64,000 bases of DNA from Thalia democratica (GCA_965202585.1 OZ241827.1:58094001-58158000), one strand, 5' to 3'; positions 39,501 to 54,500 are shown, numbered from the stretch's first letter. Numbers and translations: made by a program. The notes: a model not told the origin generated them from the letters alone.

Positions 39501-42500
39501 GTTACAAAAAAAAACAACGTTTTTATTATTTTAGATTTAAATAATTTTTTTGTATGAAAGTGCCTAAGTATAACTAAGTACAAAAGTTTGAACATTTTAG
39601 TATTTTGTTATTTACTTTAAAGTTTTTTTAAAGTTTAAATTTAAACATTTTAAAATTTAATTAAATTATTGATTTTTTATTACAACAGATTTTATAAGTA
39701 CCCAGAACAACACTACGAATACTCGAGCATACACACGTGAGTTGTTTCTCACATTTATTTTAACCGCTTGAGCATGCTACATCACTTAAAATTAAAAATA
39801 CAAAAAATAAACTACATACTGTTTAGTTTAATCATGTTATCTTTCCGCTTCGTGGTGCTAAAGACTCAATTTTGTAGCTGGAGGACGATCGAGAAGGGAG
39901 CTTGCAGCGTGAGTTGCGGGAACGGGACGCTGCAGAGGACGATCAGGTGCGTGGAGGAGAAGTACAACGGAGATGTGATCAGGATCCATGAGGACGAGTC
40001 GGAGTGCGGCAACTTCGTGAAGCCGGAAACTATTGAAGCGTGCAACACGTTCGAGTGCCCGAAGTGGATCGTTGGAAACTGGTCCGATGTAAGTTGATCG
40101 TTTTTTTTTTTGCAACAAAAATTTCTAAAGATAACAAAGCTTGAAAAAATTTCCAAATAAAACTCATTGAAAAAAGTTATCAGCTTAATATTATTTTCAA
40201 TACTAATTAAAAAATAGATTATTTTATAAGCAAAAAGTATTAATTTGTTACTTTAATTATACTCAATACAATAAACTTAAACAACCATAAAGCGTTTTTT
40301 ATTTACTTAAAAAAGTGGACAAATCACATTATTTTTACTTAACTTATTTACTTAAATGAACAGTGTAGTGTTAGTTGCGGTAGTGGAGTGCGAAATAGGT
40401 ACATCATATGCGACAACAGAGCGACTCCTACAGTAAATTGTGAAACAAGACGACAACCCAACACTGTGATGGAGTGCAACACAGTCTGCAAGAAGGGTTA
40501 GTAACTTCTATAATTTCGTAAAATTATGCTTTTTGAAGTATCTTTATATATTTGATGAGTCATAAACTATATTTAAATATTAGCTAGTCAGTTTTTTAAT
40601 GGCTTTTATGTTTCAAAAATATTAAATGTTTTAGTTTCAATGTTAAAAATAGTAGTTCAAAACACAGATTTTATAAAAGTAAACTTTAATTTAATTTAGA
40701 AAACGTTTTAGTAATTCAATTAACTGTAAGCAACAAAGCTTAATTGTTAACTTTGTTTAATGACGTATGCTTGCGGATGTAACTTTTGCTTAATTGAGTC
40801 GAAAATGTGATAAAACTTATTTTTCAACTTTGTTTTAGTGATACCTTATTGTGAGCTTAGTTGATGTATTATAAGTTTTTGAACATCACTAAAAGGTATA
40901 TTTGAAGATGATTTAAAACAACTTTTACTTTAGCAACTAGAGTGATTTTTTCTAGATAAGAACGCCAGTAAAAACTTGCGGAAAACAAAATCAAAGAAAA
41001 GGAAACAGAAAAAACCTTCAACAGTATTGAAGTTTACTCCAGTTGCCAAGTAAGTTTTCAAGCTACTTTAGTTATGCTAAATAAAAAAAACTTTAATAAC
41101 CTACTTTGATCGTAAATAATTCAAGCTAAATACTTTTAAGCTTGATTATTCTATAATTCAAAAACTTAACTAGTCTTTTTGTAAAACTCTTAATTTACAC
41201 TAATTCAATAAAGATAAACTTTATTTTGTATCAGAAACAAACTTTATCGAATTCCCTCAACTTAAGTCTTTTCTAACGAACAAACTTTCATAGTCTGAAA
41301 AACGCAGCAGCTGTTAAAATTTTTCAGACTAAAACCTAAACAGAGAATTGTTCTTTATGCAAAACCAAAACTTTATTATAAACATTTTTTCACAACCATT
41401 TTAGCAAAAGTATTTCTAACTTAAATACAAACAGATGGAAGGCGAGGGAGTGGAGCGCATGTTCGAAATCTTGCGGGATGGGAGGATTCAGGACGAGGAG
41501 GGTGGAATGCGTGGAGGAGGGGATCACTAAAGAGGAGGAATTGTACAAGAGCGAACCCAGGTGCAGGGGACCGGCTCCCGTTCACACCGAGGTATTTAAA
41601 GTAGAAATGACTAAAGCAAATAAAGTACTTTATAAATGTTTGTGATGTTGAAATCTAGTGCTGACTTTGTGTTAAAAACAAATTTAATTATCAAAAAATT
41701 AAGGGATAAAAATGCGCTTAAAAAACTTATAAAAAAAGATGGTACTTATAAGAATAAGTAATATCCTCAGTTAGAAACTTAATAATAATTTTAAATTATA
41801 ACGTTTAAATTAAAAAAAAAATTAAAGTTAGTTTAATCTTTTCTTAATACTAATTTATATTCTTCAAAATTTATTTTTAAGTACTTTTTTTACTCGTTTT
41901 AAAAATTTTGTAGGAGGATACATTTCCTTTTGTCTTTGTTTCATCTAATTTTGCTGATGTAAAACTGTTATCTGTTTTATTTTTTTTTTTAATTATAAAG
42001 CTTAATAAGTTTTTATACAATAAAAACCAGTTCTGAGCAATTCAAAACTTATAAAGCTTTAAAAAAACACATAAACTAAAGTTTTATTGAGGCAGTTTTT
42101 AAGTTTAAAAAGTACAAAGTATTTTAACTGATTTTATCAACTAGCTCAAACTAAGAAATAGCATGTAAACTAAATTTTAGGAAAGTCATGTTTAAACTTA
42201 AAAGCCACTAAGTATTTTGTTTGATTTTATCGAGTAAAATATCAGATAAACTTATAAACTTACCTCTGCACACACTAAAAGTTTTTTATGGAAAATTTAA
42301 TCTATTTCTGCAACAAACTGACAACAAAACATTTTATTGCGGCAAATTTTTTCCCATTTATAAACGGCATCATTAATAAGCTAAATTGAATTTTAAAAAT
42401 TATCCGAGGTTGATTATAGATTATCAGTTGCGATAAGAGCCGATACCCCAAATGTCGTGTTGTAGTTGGATTGTGAACTCTTGATTAAACAAACGGCAGT

Positions 42501-45500
42501 TGTAATGTTTGCTTCGGAGATTGTTGGCTTTGTAGTTTGTGTAAGGCCGGCATTTAAAAGAAGGTGATTTTACAAGCGTCACAAAGCCGAAAGGGGACTT
42601 CGCTCAAAACTATCAAATGTTTATTTTAAAGATAACTTTACTGCTAGCTAATGTCTAAATTTGACTGAATTACTGCTTTACTCGAAACTTTACTTGAAAA
42701 TTACTTTCATAGTGAAGAAAAAACTTTTATTAATTGTTAAGTTATTGTTTTTTATTTGTTTTATATCTAAACAATTCTTAAAATTTTTTTCAAAAAGAAA
42801 AATTCTACAATATTAATACTTGCAGAAATGCTTTTTGGGTTTGTGCCCCTTCGACACGCATCGGCGGGTGAACGAGGCGATGGGGTCGCCGATATCGGTT
42901 GTCAGGGTAATCGAGAAGGAGGTGGTGGTCGTCAAGGAGGAGTTTGTGTGGAGATTTGTCAAGTGGACAAGCTGCAGCGTCACTTGTGGATTTGGTGAGA
43001 ATAATAAATTCTCAAGTTTTAAATACACAGATTTATCTATATTTGTTCTAAAAATTTGCGGATATTTAAAAAGGTAGTAAACATATGACTATTGTTGTTT
43101 TATTACTGTATTATTTTATATTGTGTCTATGTACATTATCTACAACTTTAAAGTTGTTACTATATTCAGTTGTTGGTGTTTTGTAAAATGAAATAAGTAA
43201 AAAATTAAAATATTTTAGTATTATTTTCGTGCAAGCTACGCGTTTTGCTAGTTAAAATATTCATCAGTAATCTTTTGTAAGCTTTCACAGATTAAACATA
43301 CTTTATTATTTTAGATTGACCTAAAATTTAATTCTTTCCTAATTCTTATTAAATGCGAAAAAACTCTTTTCGGCACCAAATAGTTTTTTTTTTAATATTT
43401 CTGTCTGTGTTTTTTATAAAAAATCAATCACAACTGTTAATTTATAACAAATAAAAAGATAACAAGATGTAAAAGTATGACAACATGTGTGTATTTTTTA
43501 TAAACACAAATAAATTGGAATATTTTGATAAAGTAGTCGACAATAAGAAACTTTATGTATAAATTGTCAAAAAAAGGTTTAAGATTAATAATCCTAAGAT
43601 AAGAATTAATTAATAATATTTTTTTCTAATGTTAAAAAGTAATAAAAAAAGTATACAGGTAGGTATATTGTAAGTATATATACAGTAGTTAATTACTTGT
43701 GTTTATCAAAATTCAACTTCAAAAAGGGTAAATTAATTATACCTAAACAGTTCACACTTTTATTAATTAAGATTGATAAAAAATTAAAAAATTTTTTTTA
43801 AACAATCTCTTTTCAATATTTAAATGTGTAACATTGTTAACTTTTGTTTTTTAGATTTTTTTAGTTTAAAATAAAACAAGTGTTTTAACCACTTAAAATT
43901 AGCTTATGGTATAATGTTTACATTTTATATATTTGTTTAGTATATGAAATAACTAAGCAAAAAAAATTGTTTGATCTTGAGTTTATTTCAATCGTTAATC
44001 ATCAAATTATGTATATAACTAAACTATAATTTAATAAAATCGATGCGTAGCATACAGCTTAGCTTGTTAATTTTTATCACACATTAAAAAAGGATTTTGG
44101 AATATTAAACATTAATAGCTTAATTAGCCGCCATAAATTTACTTTTAAGTTTAAAATTGAAAAAATAATTAAAAACGATGATAAATTAGTTATATATTTT
44201 TATTGATGTTATATTTTGTTTTCTACTTAGTTAATTTCTACGTGTTTAGATAACCTTTAGCTTAGTAAGCTTTATAGCAGTTTTAAGTTACCTAGAAACT
44301 TTTCACTAATACTTATTTGATCAGAAATCCGTGTATAGCATTTTGCAACAAGTAAACACTTGTAACCTCTAAAACGTTTTACTAAAAAAATTTAATTTTG
44401 ATTACATTGCCAAAAGTTACTGTTTTAAGTTGTTTTAACAGAAAAAAAGTAACGCATTTTTTAAAAGTTTTATTTACTCTAAATATTTCTATCCTAAACA
44501 TACTTTTTTTTATTCTATAAAAAATATAGTTGTTTTTTTATTTAAGCTTATGATAGACGATAGTTTTTAAACTTTAATTTAGATATAAATATACTTTGCT
44601 ATTATGTAAATTTAAATGCACAATAAAGACTACTATAAGGCATTTAGATACTATTTTTACTTATAACGTAAAATAAAGTTTACTGCGCCATTTCGTGTAA
44701 AATAAGGCAAAAAGCCAGAAATTTTTCTAACAGCCGACAAATTATACAATTAGCACTTTTTCTGCACGCCATTACCTTTTGTCTGTACCCAACTTTGCGT
44801 TTCCAGACACCAAACTGTCCACTTTGGCGTTTGCACTTTAGCACAATTTCAGACAAACACTCCCCGGCAACGTGAAATAATAACCTTAGTTAAAGCGAGG
44901 GCTTAGAGCGGGCGAAAAGGGATTTGCAGATATTCAAAAACGTTTGTCGTTCGGACAAATTGGCGTTGTTGGCGGCATGAAGCGAGGCAATTACGAGCGG
45001 ATAATTCGATATTTTCGGCACAACTCGATACGCTGGCACCTGTTTGTTGTTGGGCCGGCACCTGCGAAAATACCTTTATCGTATCGGGTTGCAAACAAAT
45101 CGCGGCTTTGATCCGACTTTAAAAGGATGAAGGCCATAACCTGTTTTCATACCGTAAAATTATGCTAGTAATGACGATGAATTGACACTGTCAACACAAT
45201 TTTACTTGGACATTGAAGGTTTTATCAAAATTTACAGCATTATTAAAAGTTTTTGTTTGTAAACAATGAATTATGAAACTTTTAGTTTTTGCGAGCATTC
45301 ATAGGGCTGTAGAAAAAAAAATAGATATTTTATATGAAAATATTAGAGTTTGAAATAATGCTTAAGTTACATCTAACTGAAAAACAGCTTTATCAAAAAT
45401 AATAAAATTTCATTTATTGTATTTTCATAGGAATGTCCGTATCAATACCTTTCTGCTACGACAACCTCTCAAATCGCCTGGCAGCAGACAGCAGATGCGA

Positions 45501-48500
45501 CCGATCGAAACACCCCCTTCCAAAGCTAGCCACCTGCAAGAGGGACCCCTGTCCCCTTCTACTCAAGACTGAAAACGAGACCAGGTAACTTTTATTTGCT
45601 CTAACTATTTTGGTGGCGATTTTTCTATTTTGTGAAACAAAACTGCATGAGAAATGTTAGTAAGGTCTTCTACTTGAGCTTGTCAAAAAGAGAAAATAGG
45701 TAAAAATGACTTAATTCATTGTTGAAGTGTTCTGATGGGAACAAAAGGGCCGTGTAATTGGCCTGTTTTCACCACGCACTGCTTAAGTAACAGTATTCAG
45801 GTATCATGTATCACTCTTATCCTTACTGAAATTAAATTAGCAATCGTTACGATCAAACTAAGTCAAGTAAAACGCGATTGAATTGATAAAAGGCAAGGAA
45901 AAAACAACACAAAATTTATTTAAAAGTAACTCAAAACTTAAAAAGTGAGAACAAACCATGTGAAATCAAGTTGAAATACCTTTAGTTTGAAAAACTCGTT
46001 GGTATTTATCGAAATTTCAAACAAATATTGTATTCAGCTAAGTTTGTATATTGATGAAAAAAATGTAAAACGAAGCTTATAAAGACTATTGAACAAATAT
46101 TGCTAGAAAATTATATTAAGTACGCAATTTGTATTAGAAATTATTAATTTATAAGCTTGTTAAAATATAAGCGTTAATATGCCTGAGTACATCTCCTCTG
46201 ATCGGGACTTTTAAGTCTTATGATTGATGTTGTTGTGATCTTATCTCGCTTCTTTAGAGACTCTTATCGAGCACCTCTAATACGTAAGAAGCTGTCAACG
46301 CCAAGAGGAGTGCAAAGCTGATAAAATTCAATCACTCAAAACTTTTCCCAAACACCCTTTTGAAGTGTTGCACCTCAATGTATTCATGCCTTTGCCTCGA
46401 AACGATACCTTTCATGTAAGCAAATTAGATATCTTTTGTTCTGCAAACAGCAGGGATAAAGGGTTTTTTTTGAAACTACTTTAACTTGAGTAAGCTGATG
46501 AGATTTGAAAAGCTGCCAGTGATGTTCTGAAGGCGACCTAAAATACATTTAAAATTTATATTCAATTTTTTGCTGCTTTTCTGTTTATTTTGACACTTAA
46601 ATATTTTATATGTTAAATCAACTTTGAATTACGTTACAAATTATAATAGTTATAAACTATAATCTTTTTTTAAATCTTTAACAAGAGGCTTAATGTTGAA
46701 CTTTAAGCATTTCGATACAAAATATTCAATTAACAGAAATGTTTTTTAGTTGATTTAATAAAAATACTTGTAATAAAAATAACATAAAAGACACACTGTT
46801 ATTTTTAGTTATACTGTAGATAATTTGACAACTTAAACTTTTTACAACTTTTTAATAAAACAAAAAAAAATTAAAAAAGTTAAAACGCTAATCGTTCTAT
46901 AGTAAGTGCTTAATACTTTTATTTTATCATTTGAAATATTAAAGCAACGGACTTTAGTGTTATATTCGAACGACTTTCGTGTATTAACTACTTATTTAGT
47001 TTGATAACTTTTATATAAAACTAAGACAGCTATGTACATAGATTACTTCTAAAAACATTACACAGAAGTATTTTGTAAACAAAAGCTTCTTTATAGTTCA
47101 ACAAAACGACTAAAACTTTATGAAACTACATAAATTGTTTTAGACGAAAAGTTTGTAGAAAAATAACAGCATTTGTAGTACAGGTAAATAGCGAACATGA
47201 GATAACTTTCCATGTTAAGGAAAAAGGCTAGAACTTCGTTGCTTACAAATTATTTTGAGTATGTAAGGCTTTGCATAGGAATTTGTGTACGAGCAGAGTA
47301 AGACTAGAAAATGTTTGAGTAAAACAATTTTTTCTCTGCTTATAAGCTAAGAACTTGCATTTTTGTTTTTAAGTTTGTTTCAGAATGTGGTGGAATTTAG
47401 GGACTGTAACATGTTTTTAAAGTGCTGACAAAAATAATATTGTTTTAAAATTATTTTGTTAATTAAACCTTGGTTAATAAAGATTAGTTTAGAAACTTTC
47501 CTTATAACTACTTTAAGATGAATTTACATTAAACAAGTTGTCAAAAAAAGATAAAATCACAATACCAGTAAAAGTTTTTTATTAAGTTAGGTAGTTATCG
47601 GGCTTCTACTCTTTAAAAATTTTTAAAAACAGAAAGACAAAATAAATAAATTCAATAGTGTAATATGGTTTAGGTAGCTTTTTTAGTAAGTGCTAAATTT
47701 TTATCAACTTAGACTTTTTTTTACCTAGAATGACTCAAATTGTTATTTATGGTTTTAAGTATGTTGGACTACAGTTTAAAAGTAAATTAATTTACCTGTT
47801 TTGTATGCAAGCTTTACTTGCAATAAAACCTTTTTGTAAATCTTAGTATAACTTATAGCTTCACGTAAAAACTAAATAACTGCTGACACACCAATAGCTA
47901 TGACAGTGTACATTACACAATGTGAAAATTTGCACTTATTAAAACCGATCGCAAAGTAAGGTACACAAAAACAATTAATAAATTTTCCATTGTAGATTAA
48001 CGACTAGACGTCAATAAACAAAGAATTACATTATAGTCAGTTTTAATCTCATTAGCTTCCTGCTTTATCAAACCTATTAGTAAGAGTAACATAATTAAAA
48101 AATGCATATAAACTTGGACTCTGCCCAACTGGTTATTAATTAATTATCTAAAACAAAAATCACCATTTCAGCGATTAAAACCTAGTTGAATGTAAAAAAG
48201 TATACGAGCATGCTTATCAACAAGTTATGAGGCAGAGCTCCAGCAAAGTAGAGCACCGAGTAATTGTTCAAGTAGTCAGATGATATCAAAAAGTTGAAAA
48301 CAATGTCAGCAGTTAGAAGTAGCAGCAGACTTTTATTTTACAAATTTGTCATCGTTTTTGTCACATCTCTTGAATCGCGTCTCCACGGCAACATTATTGT
48401 CGCCGCCGTTTCTTGGCAACCGACCGGCGATTGTTCCACGGTCAACAAGCCGCAATCCATCGGCTCGGGGGTTGAAAGCGGGAATGCAGGTACAAGGCTT

Positions 48501-51500
48501 CCATTAGAAATTAGTTTCCCGCTTAATAATAAAAGGAGGTCTGTTGAACTGGTGAACGAGGCATCGCGTGAAGTCAGAGCTCAGTTAGTTTGTTGTTTTT
48601 TAAGATGAAAAATATATTTTGTTTGTATTAACTATTGTTTTTACTTTCAAAATACTTCTAAACAAGAAAAAAAAGTATGACCGAGTTGTAAATAATTTGA
48701 CGTTGCTTGAGTAAAATTATTCACAAAAAATATCTTTAATGGTGTTTCTGACTAGTTTTAATGAATATTTGAAAATTAAGTAACTTTTAAAACAAAAAAA
48801 AAACTGTTATTAAACTTATAGTTGAACTATATCATTAAAAAAGTATGTTTTTTTTTTGTTTATTTATTATTTAAAACTTACTTAGGTTGGTCGATTCAAA
48901 GAAAGTTTTGAATATAGACTTCTTTTCTAATATTTAAATAGAACAAATATGTTTAAGAAAAAATGGATAAACAAATTGCAACAAAAAAATAAAAAACAAA
49001 GAGCCTTTTTTTTTGTGATTAGAATACCAGAGCGAGCTTAAACTACAAACATTTACGAACATATAATCAAATGTAAATATTTGCATAAAAAACATTTGAA
49101 AGGGGGTTACTTGGCCTTCACACAGCGTTTCTTATGTGTTTTTACCTTTTGATCTGATCATTTAAAACTTAAACACTCGTCGATATCATCTATTAGCTTT
49201 GCACGGTAGAGTGTTATAATCAAATTAACACGTTCCTATAATTGACATCTATCAATTACAAAGTTTGGTTCAAAAATATCCAAAATAAAACGAACGGTTG
49301 AAAGTAACGCAAAATAAGATGTGGAAATTTTTGAGAGCTAAATTGTTGAGATAACTTCGTGGTTTTACATTAATGAGCATTTTAAATCGGTAGGACTTTT
49401 TATTGGTTATTTTAAATATTGAATACCTTTAGTTGCAGCAATTTTGCAAAAGAAAAAAGCTCCAATGTTTTGATGACGTCATATCTTATTTTGGGTAGTT
49501 TTCTTTTAAAAATTGTGCAAAAAAGTTACAAAAATACTTAGCGTTGATAAGTAAATTAAACAACTTTACATTTAAAAAATTTAAATAGTTTTCTTTTTAT
49601 TTCTATGCACGTGTTTGTATTTGTTTACAATAAAAAATCACATTAAAAGTGTGTTTTTTTATTGGCAGAGACACTTATTCTTGTGTTTACAAAAATAAAG
49701 CTCCAAAAACTAGCAGTACGACTTTTAATGAAGCCAGATTGTTCAATTTACTTTTCAGCGCGACGTATTTTTGTAACTTTTTTGTATGACTTTAAAAAGT
49801 AAACTACCCAAAATAAGATACGACGTCATCAAAATATTGGAGCCTTTTTTGCAAAACTACTGCAATTATACACATAAAAAAGTACCCGATATAGCTCGAT
49901 AGAAAATTACCCATAAAAAGATCTACCAATTTTAAACCTTCAAATATGCTTACGTAATCTATTTTTTCTGTAATTTTAAATTGTTTTCACTTTATTAATC
50001 ACAAACTTCATGCTTTTTCTTAATTATATTAATAATACAAAAATTATATAAAATTAATATTTGATGTTATAAAAATGAAAATAAATTTCAATTAATATTT
50101 TTATTATCAAATTGTGCAAGAGAATTTGTTTCCTAGGAAAACACTTTTAAAGTTAAAATTACATGGTTTGAAAACTTTGAAAAAATTTAATGTGAAAAAT
50201 GTTGTGTATGCTTAGTCATTAATGTACAAGCTTTTATAAATCAAACAAATTTCTCGTCACAAAGCAAAATTAGATTAGTACTATTTGTTTAGTTATAACT
50301 GTCATGTTAACAGTTTTTATTTGCATTGTGTCATTTAACAGTTCAAAAGGACTTGTATAAAAAAGCTAATATTACTTATGTTGTTAAGTAAAACTAATTG
50401 TAAACACTTTTGAAATTAATAAACAAAAAATTATAAAAAAAGCTAAAGATAAGCCTTAATTGTTACAATAAATTATGTAAAACTATATTTCAAATAGTTG
50501 TTGCAGAAAATTCACGCTGATAATAGACCCTAAATTAATTGAAGACTATGAATCATAGCTTAAAATTTGGTTTAAGATAGTATAACGTAATATGTTTTGT
50601 AATTTCTTGAATAAAACACTATAAAATAATTTTTTTAAAGGTAATCTTCTTTAGAAAAAATTTACTTAAGTTTACTGAAAGTTTTTAACTATAAAGTTTG
50701 TTAAAAAACATTATTTTGTTGTTTGCAAACAATATGTTTTTTTTGTAGTAAAGATCAAAGATAAATTTATCTCAACAAGTATTCTTTAAACGAAATAAAA
50801 ACTTTTGATAGTCATTTAAAAACCTTCCTTTGAAGTTTTTAAGAGTTGAAGTATTATTTTACCTAATAAAAGCAATGTTTATGAGATTAAACAACATCAT
50901 TTTACAACCCTAAACGAGTATTAATTGTGTTTGACAATAAAACATCGTTGGATAACAAAAGATTATGTAATGTGGTTGTGTAAGCTATTTCACTATATAA
51001 AGAAATGTTACTTTAACAATATAACTTGGTTTTCAAACTATTTAAAAGCTAAAAATTCATAGAGATCCTTTTAAACTAAGTATTATTATATTTTATTTAG
51101 AAAGCCAAGCATGCTTTTATTACTAGTAGTAATGCTATTTAAGCACTGTAGTTTATAATTCATTAAAGTTTATTGAATACTTTTAAAGTAAAAAATAATG
51201 TCGTAAGTTTTTTGAAATCAATTTTTATTAATGAACAACCAAGTATAAGAAGTATACAAAATAGCAGCAAAAAAAAAACTGTGAAAAGCTATGAACGTTT
51301 TTTTTAAATCAACTTTATCACGATTTTTTATTAAGAAGGTTTTGTATCGATATTAGCACTAAAGACCTTTGAAAACTTCAGAACATAACATGAAGTTACA
51401 AGTTAATAACGCTAAAAGCCCAAGCAAAAACAAAAATGATAATTTAAGGGTTTTAGTAATAACGCGAAAGTTTCAACTTGGTTATTAAATTTTGATGTTT

Positions 51501-54500
51501 TCAGAATTTGTTCGTCGGCACACCTTTAATTTGGCCCGGTGTCAGATCTTGTGAAAATTGTATTTATGTTGTTTTAAAACGACATTAATCCCATAACGCA
51601 TTGTGCTGCTAACACACTGAAGTTTTCGGCTAAACAACCTTGCATTTGTAAAAATATTTTTGTGTTTTCACGAGGCATTTAGATTTTTATTACGAGCATG
51701 AAAACCAGCTTTAATTAATAGAACTTATTTTTTTGATCAAAATCATATTGGTTCGGAAATTTCAAACTTAAATAGCAGGCATCATCATTACAATGCTAAC
51801 ATTATGAAAAGTTTATAGTAAAATATAAAAATACAGTAAAACAAAACTGATAAACAAGCGTCTTATTTGTGCAAAAAAAAAAAACCGAACAAAAGTCTCA
51901 ACTCTCCTAAAAATTTTAAAAAGTTACGTCATAGACCAACTCGTAGTAAGTTAAACGTGTTGCGGCAATAATACACACAAGTTCATATAAAAACTTACTG
52001 GTGGTCTTTTGTCATGAAAAAATAACGAGTTGCACTTCTGTGCCACTTCAACAATTTGTTGTACTACGACCACCCCGACACACAAAAACCTTTTTTCTTT
52101 TTTGTTTTTGTCGCAGGCTCTGTTGTAGCACAATAGTGCGATGGCTGCGCTGTGTGTTTACAGTAGCTACTCGACAAAAGACACAAGCTCGAATAATTTG
52201 TGTTCAGATTTTATTTAGTAGCTGCTTAGATCGGCTTAGGTTTTCAAAGTTTTTGGTAATTGGAAGTTAAAAGGTTTTTGAGGTATTTTTAAGTCAGTTA
52301 AAATTTAGATATTTTATTATTTTTGTTCTGTTCCAGGTAGGTTTCTAAGTTTATTTTACAAGTTATAAAAAAGGTAAAAAACAATTAAGCATTAATTTTA
52401 CAGTTTTAAGTATTGAAAGCTTTTCAATATTCCAAATGTTATAAATAATTAAAATTAATAGCTAGTTTATCTTGATAGTGAAGGGTTTGCTTTAAGTCAT
52501 GTTTTATAATACTTTATTCAGATTTATTTATTATTTAGTTATTAGATTAAATAACTTCAACTAGTGCTGTTTAAAATGATTAAAGTTTTTCTTTTTTTTT
52601 TGCATTTTGGAAACATTAAAAACTGAAATTTCTGAATAAAATCTATTTTCATACTTGATATACTAAAGTTATCAATTCAAAATGAAAGAAAAACTAAAAA
52701 AAAACGTATTCGAGTTCATTTTTTTAAATGTGAGTTCCTTTTAACTTAAGTTTACTGTAATTCCGATTTCAAAAATAAACTGTTATAAATATTATATAAA
52801 ATTATTATAAATTATTATTATAAAAAGATACCGCACTAACACTTAGTGTTAAGAATATTTCTAATACTGATAACGATAAATCAACGTGCAAATATTTTAC
52901 AAACAATTGAATTTCAATTATTTTTTAGAAGAACTAAAAATCACTGATTTGCATAATTTTATTATTATTTAAAATTAAATCGTCAGTAACGACGCTCTTA
53001 TCCGTTCAAACTCAGCAACAAAGTGTCATCCATTAAGTTAATACAAATACAGTTTGTTTATCACTAAACTGTCACGCGCAGGATACTGTTTATGAACGCC
53101 AGTATTACAACTGCATTGTGGCATATAAGGTCGATTTCGGTTGTATAGGAAACGGTATGATGTATTTATACCGATTTGATCCATCACTCCAGTGCAACGA
53201 ATTAGCGCGGTTTAATCAACCGACGAGACGCTGTTCTGACACCACCGAGAGCAAATCCCCACCACTTTGTGTTTGCGCCGGTGACCGCTCATGCGGATCG
53301 ACGTGAGAGTTGTTGATTTCACAACTCGATGCGGTCGGCTGCTCTCGCTAACATTTAAATGCGCTCTCCGGTTCTGAATGTTTTGAAACTGCTGTGCAAA
53401 AACGGCCAGGTGAAAAACTGAATAAGCCGGATTATTAGTGATGAACTTTGTCTTTATTACACTGATGTTACTACGTTTTAATTGTAGTTCTTTGCATAAA
53501 GTATATAACAGTTATTTAAAACTATTTACAATATTAAACTTAAATCATAATTGAGACAAAATATACAATTTTAATTTATTTTTTCTCCATAACTTTTTTA
53601 AACTCTTTGTGCTTTCTGAAAAGTTCTTTAATGTTGGCGCTTATGTTAAAATTACAAATTGTATGACGTTTCCGAAAGTATAAATATAGCTTCTTTCATG
53701 AGCAGAGCATTTACGTTCTACACATAAAACTGGTATTGTAGGTAAATTTTATTTACATATTGAAAAGCGTATTCAACAAACGCTTCATGAACATATAAAT
53801 GCGACCGGTCGAATTATCCAAACAAAAATAAAAGGCACATTTACGACACCAAATGCGCACTTTCCTAACCAAACAAAACGCGTTTCCGGCATTAAGCCCA
53901 GTCAAGACGGCTTCGCTGTTCAAACAGCCCTGTGCTTGTGATTCTACGCAGAATTAACCGTGTACAAAAAAAAAACGTGAAAAATTTTAAAAGTTTTAAT
54001 TGTATGCAGTGAAGTGGTGTAGTTCGGAAGTAGGTAAACAAAAATAAGAGATTGTGGAGAATTAGAACGAATGTGTGTAAATTTTTATTAAATACATTTG
54101 TTCTTCGCCATTCAACTCGTGTTTGCTTTGGATTTTCAACACAGAAAAAAGTGAAAGCGTTTGCAACGTTTTTAAACAGCAATAACTACGTTTTGTGTAT
54201 CGTTTGAACGTTCAGTTGTCGCAGACTTTGTTAGAATAGCAAGGTATAAAAAGTTGTGAGAATATGTTGCAGAATTATTTTCTGCCGAATTTTTTTTGTA
54301 AAAATTTCAAATCAGTCGCAGTGCTCAAAACTATTTAATTATTGCGCTTGATTAAACTGAATTAGTGTTAAAAGATGTTAAAATAGTACAGTAGATATTT
54401 TGTTGCAAAAATTAAAAAAATAGAAAACTTTAATAGTACTTTTTGAAGGTACTTTGTTCTAAAAAAAAACTGTTTAGTATAATGTTAATTTTTTCGATTG

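Noticed and set aside
53118-53306. Cys-containing 62-aa ORF in intron 17
   Set aside because: No signal peptide, no TSR pattern and no compatible splice sites found.
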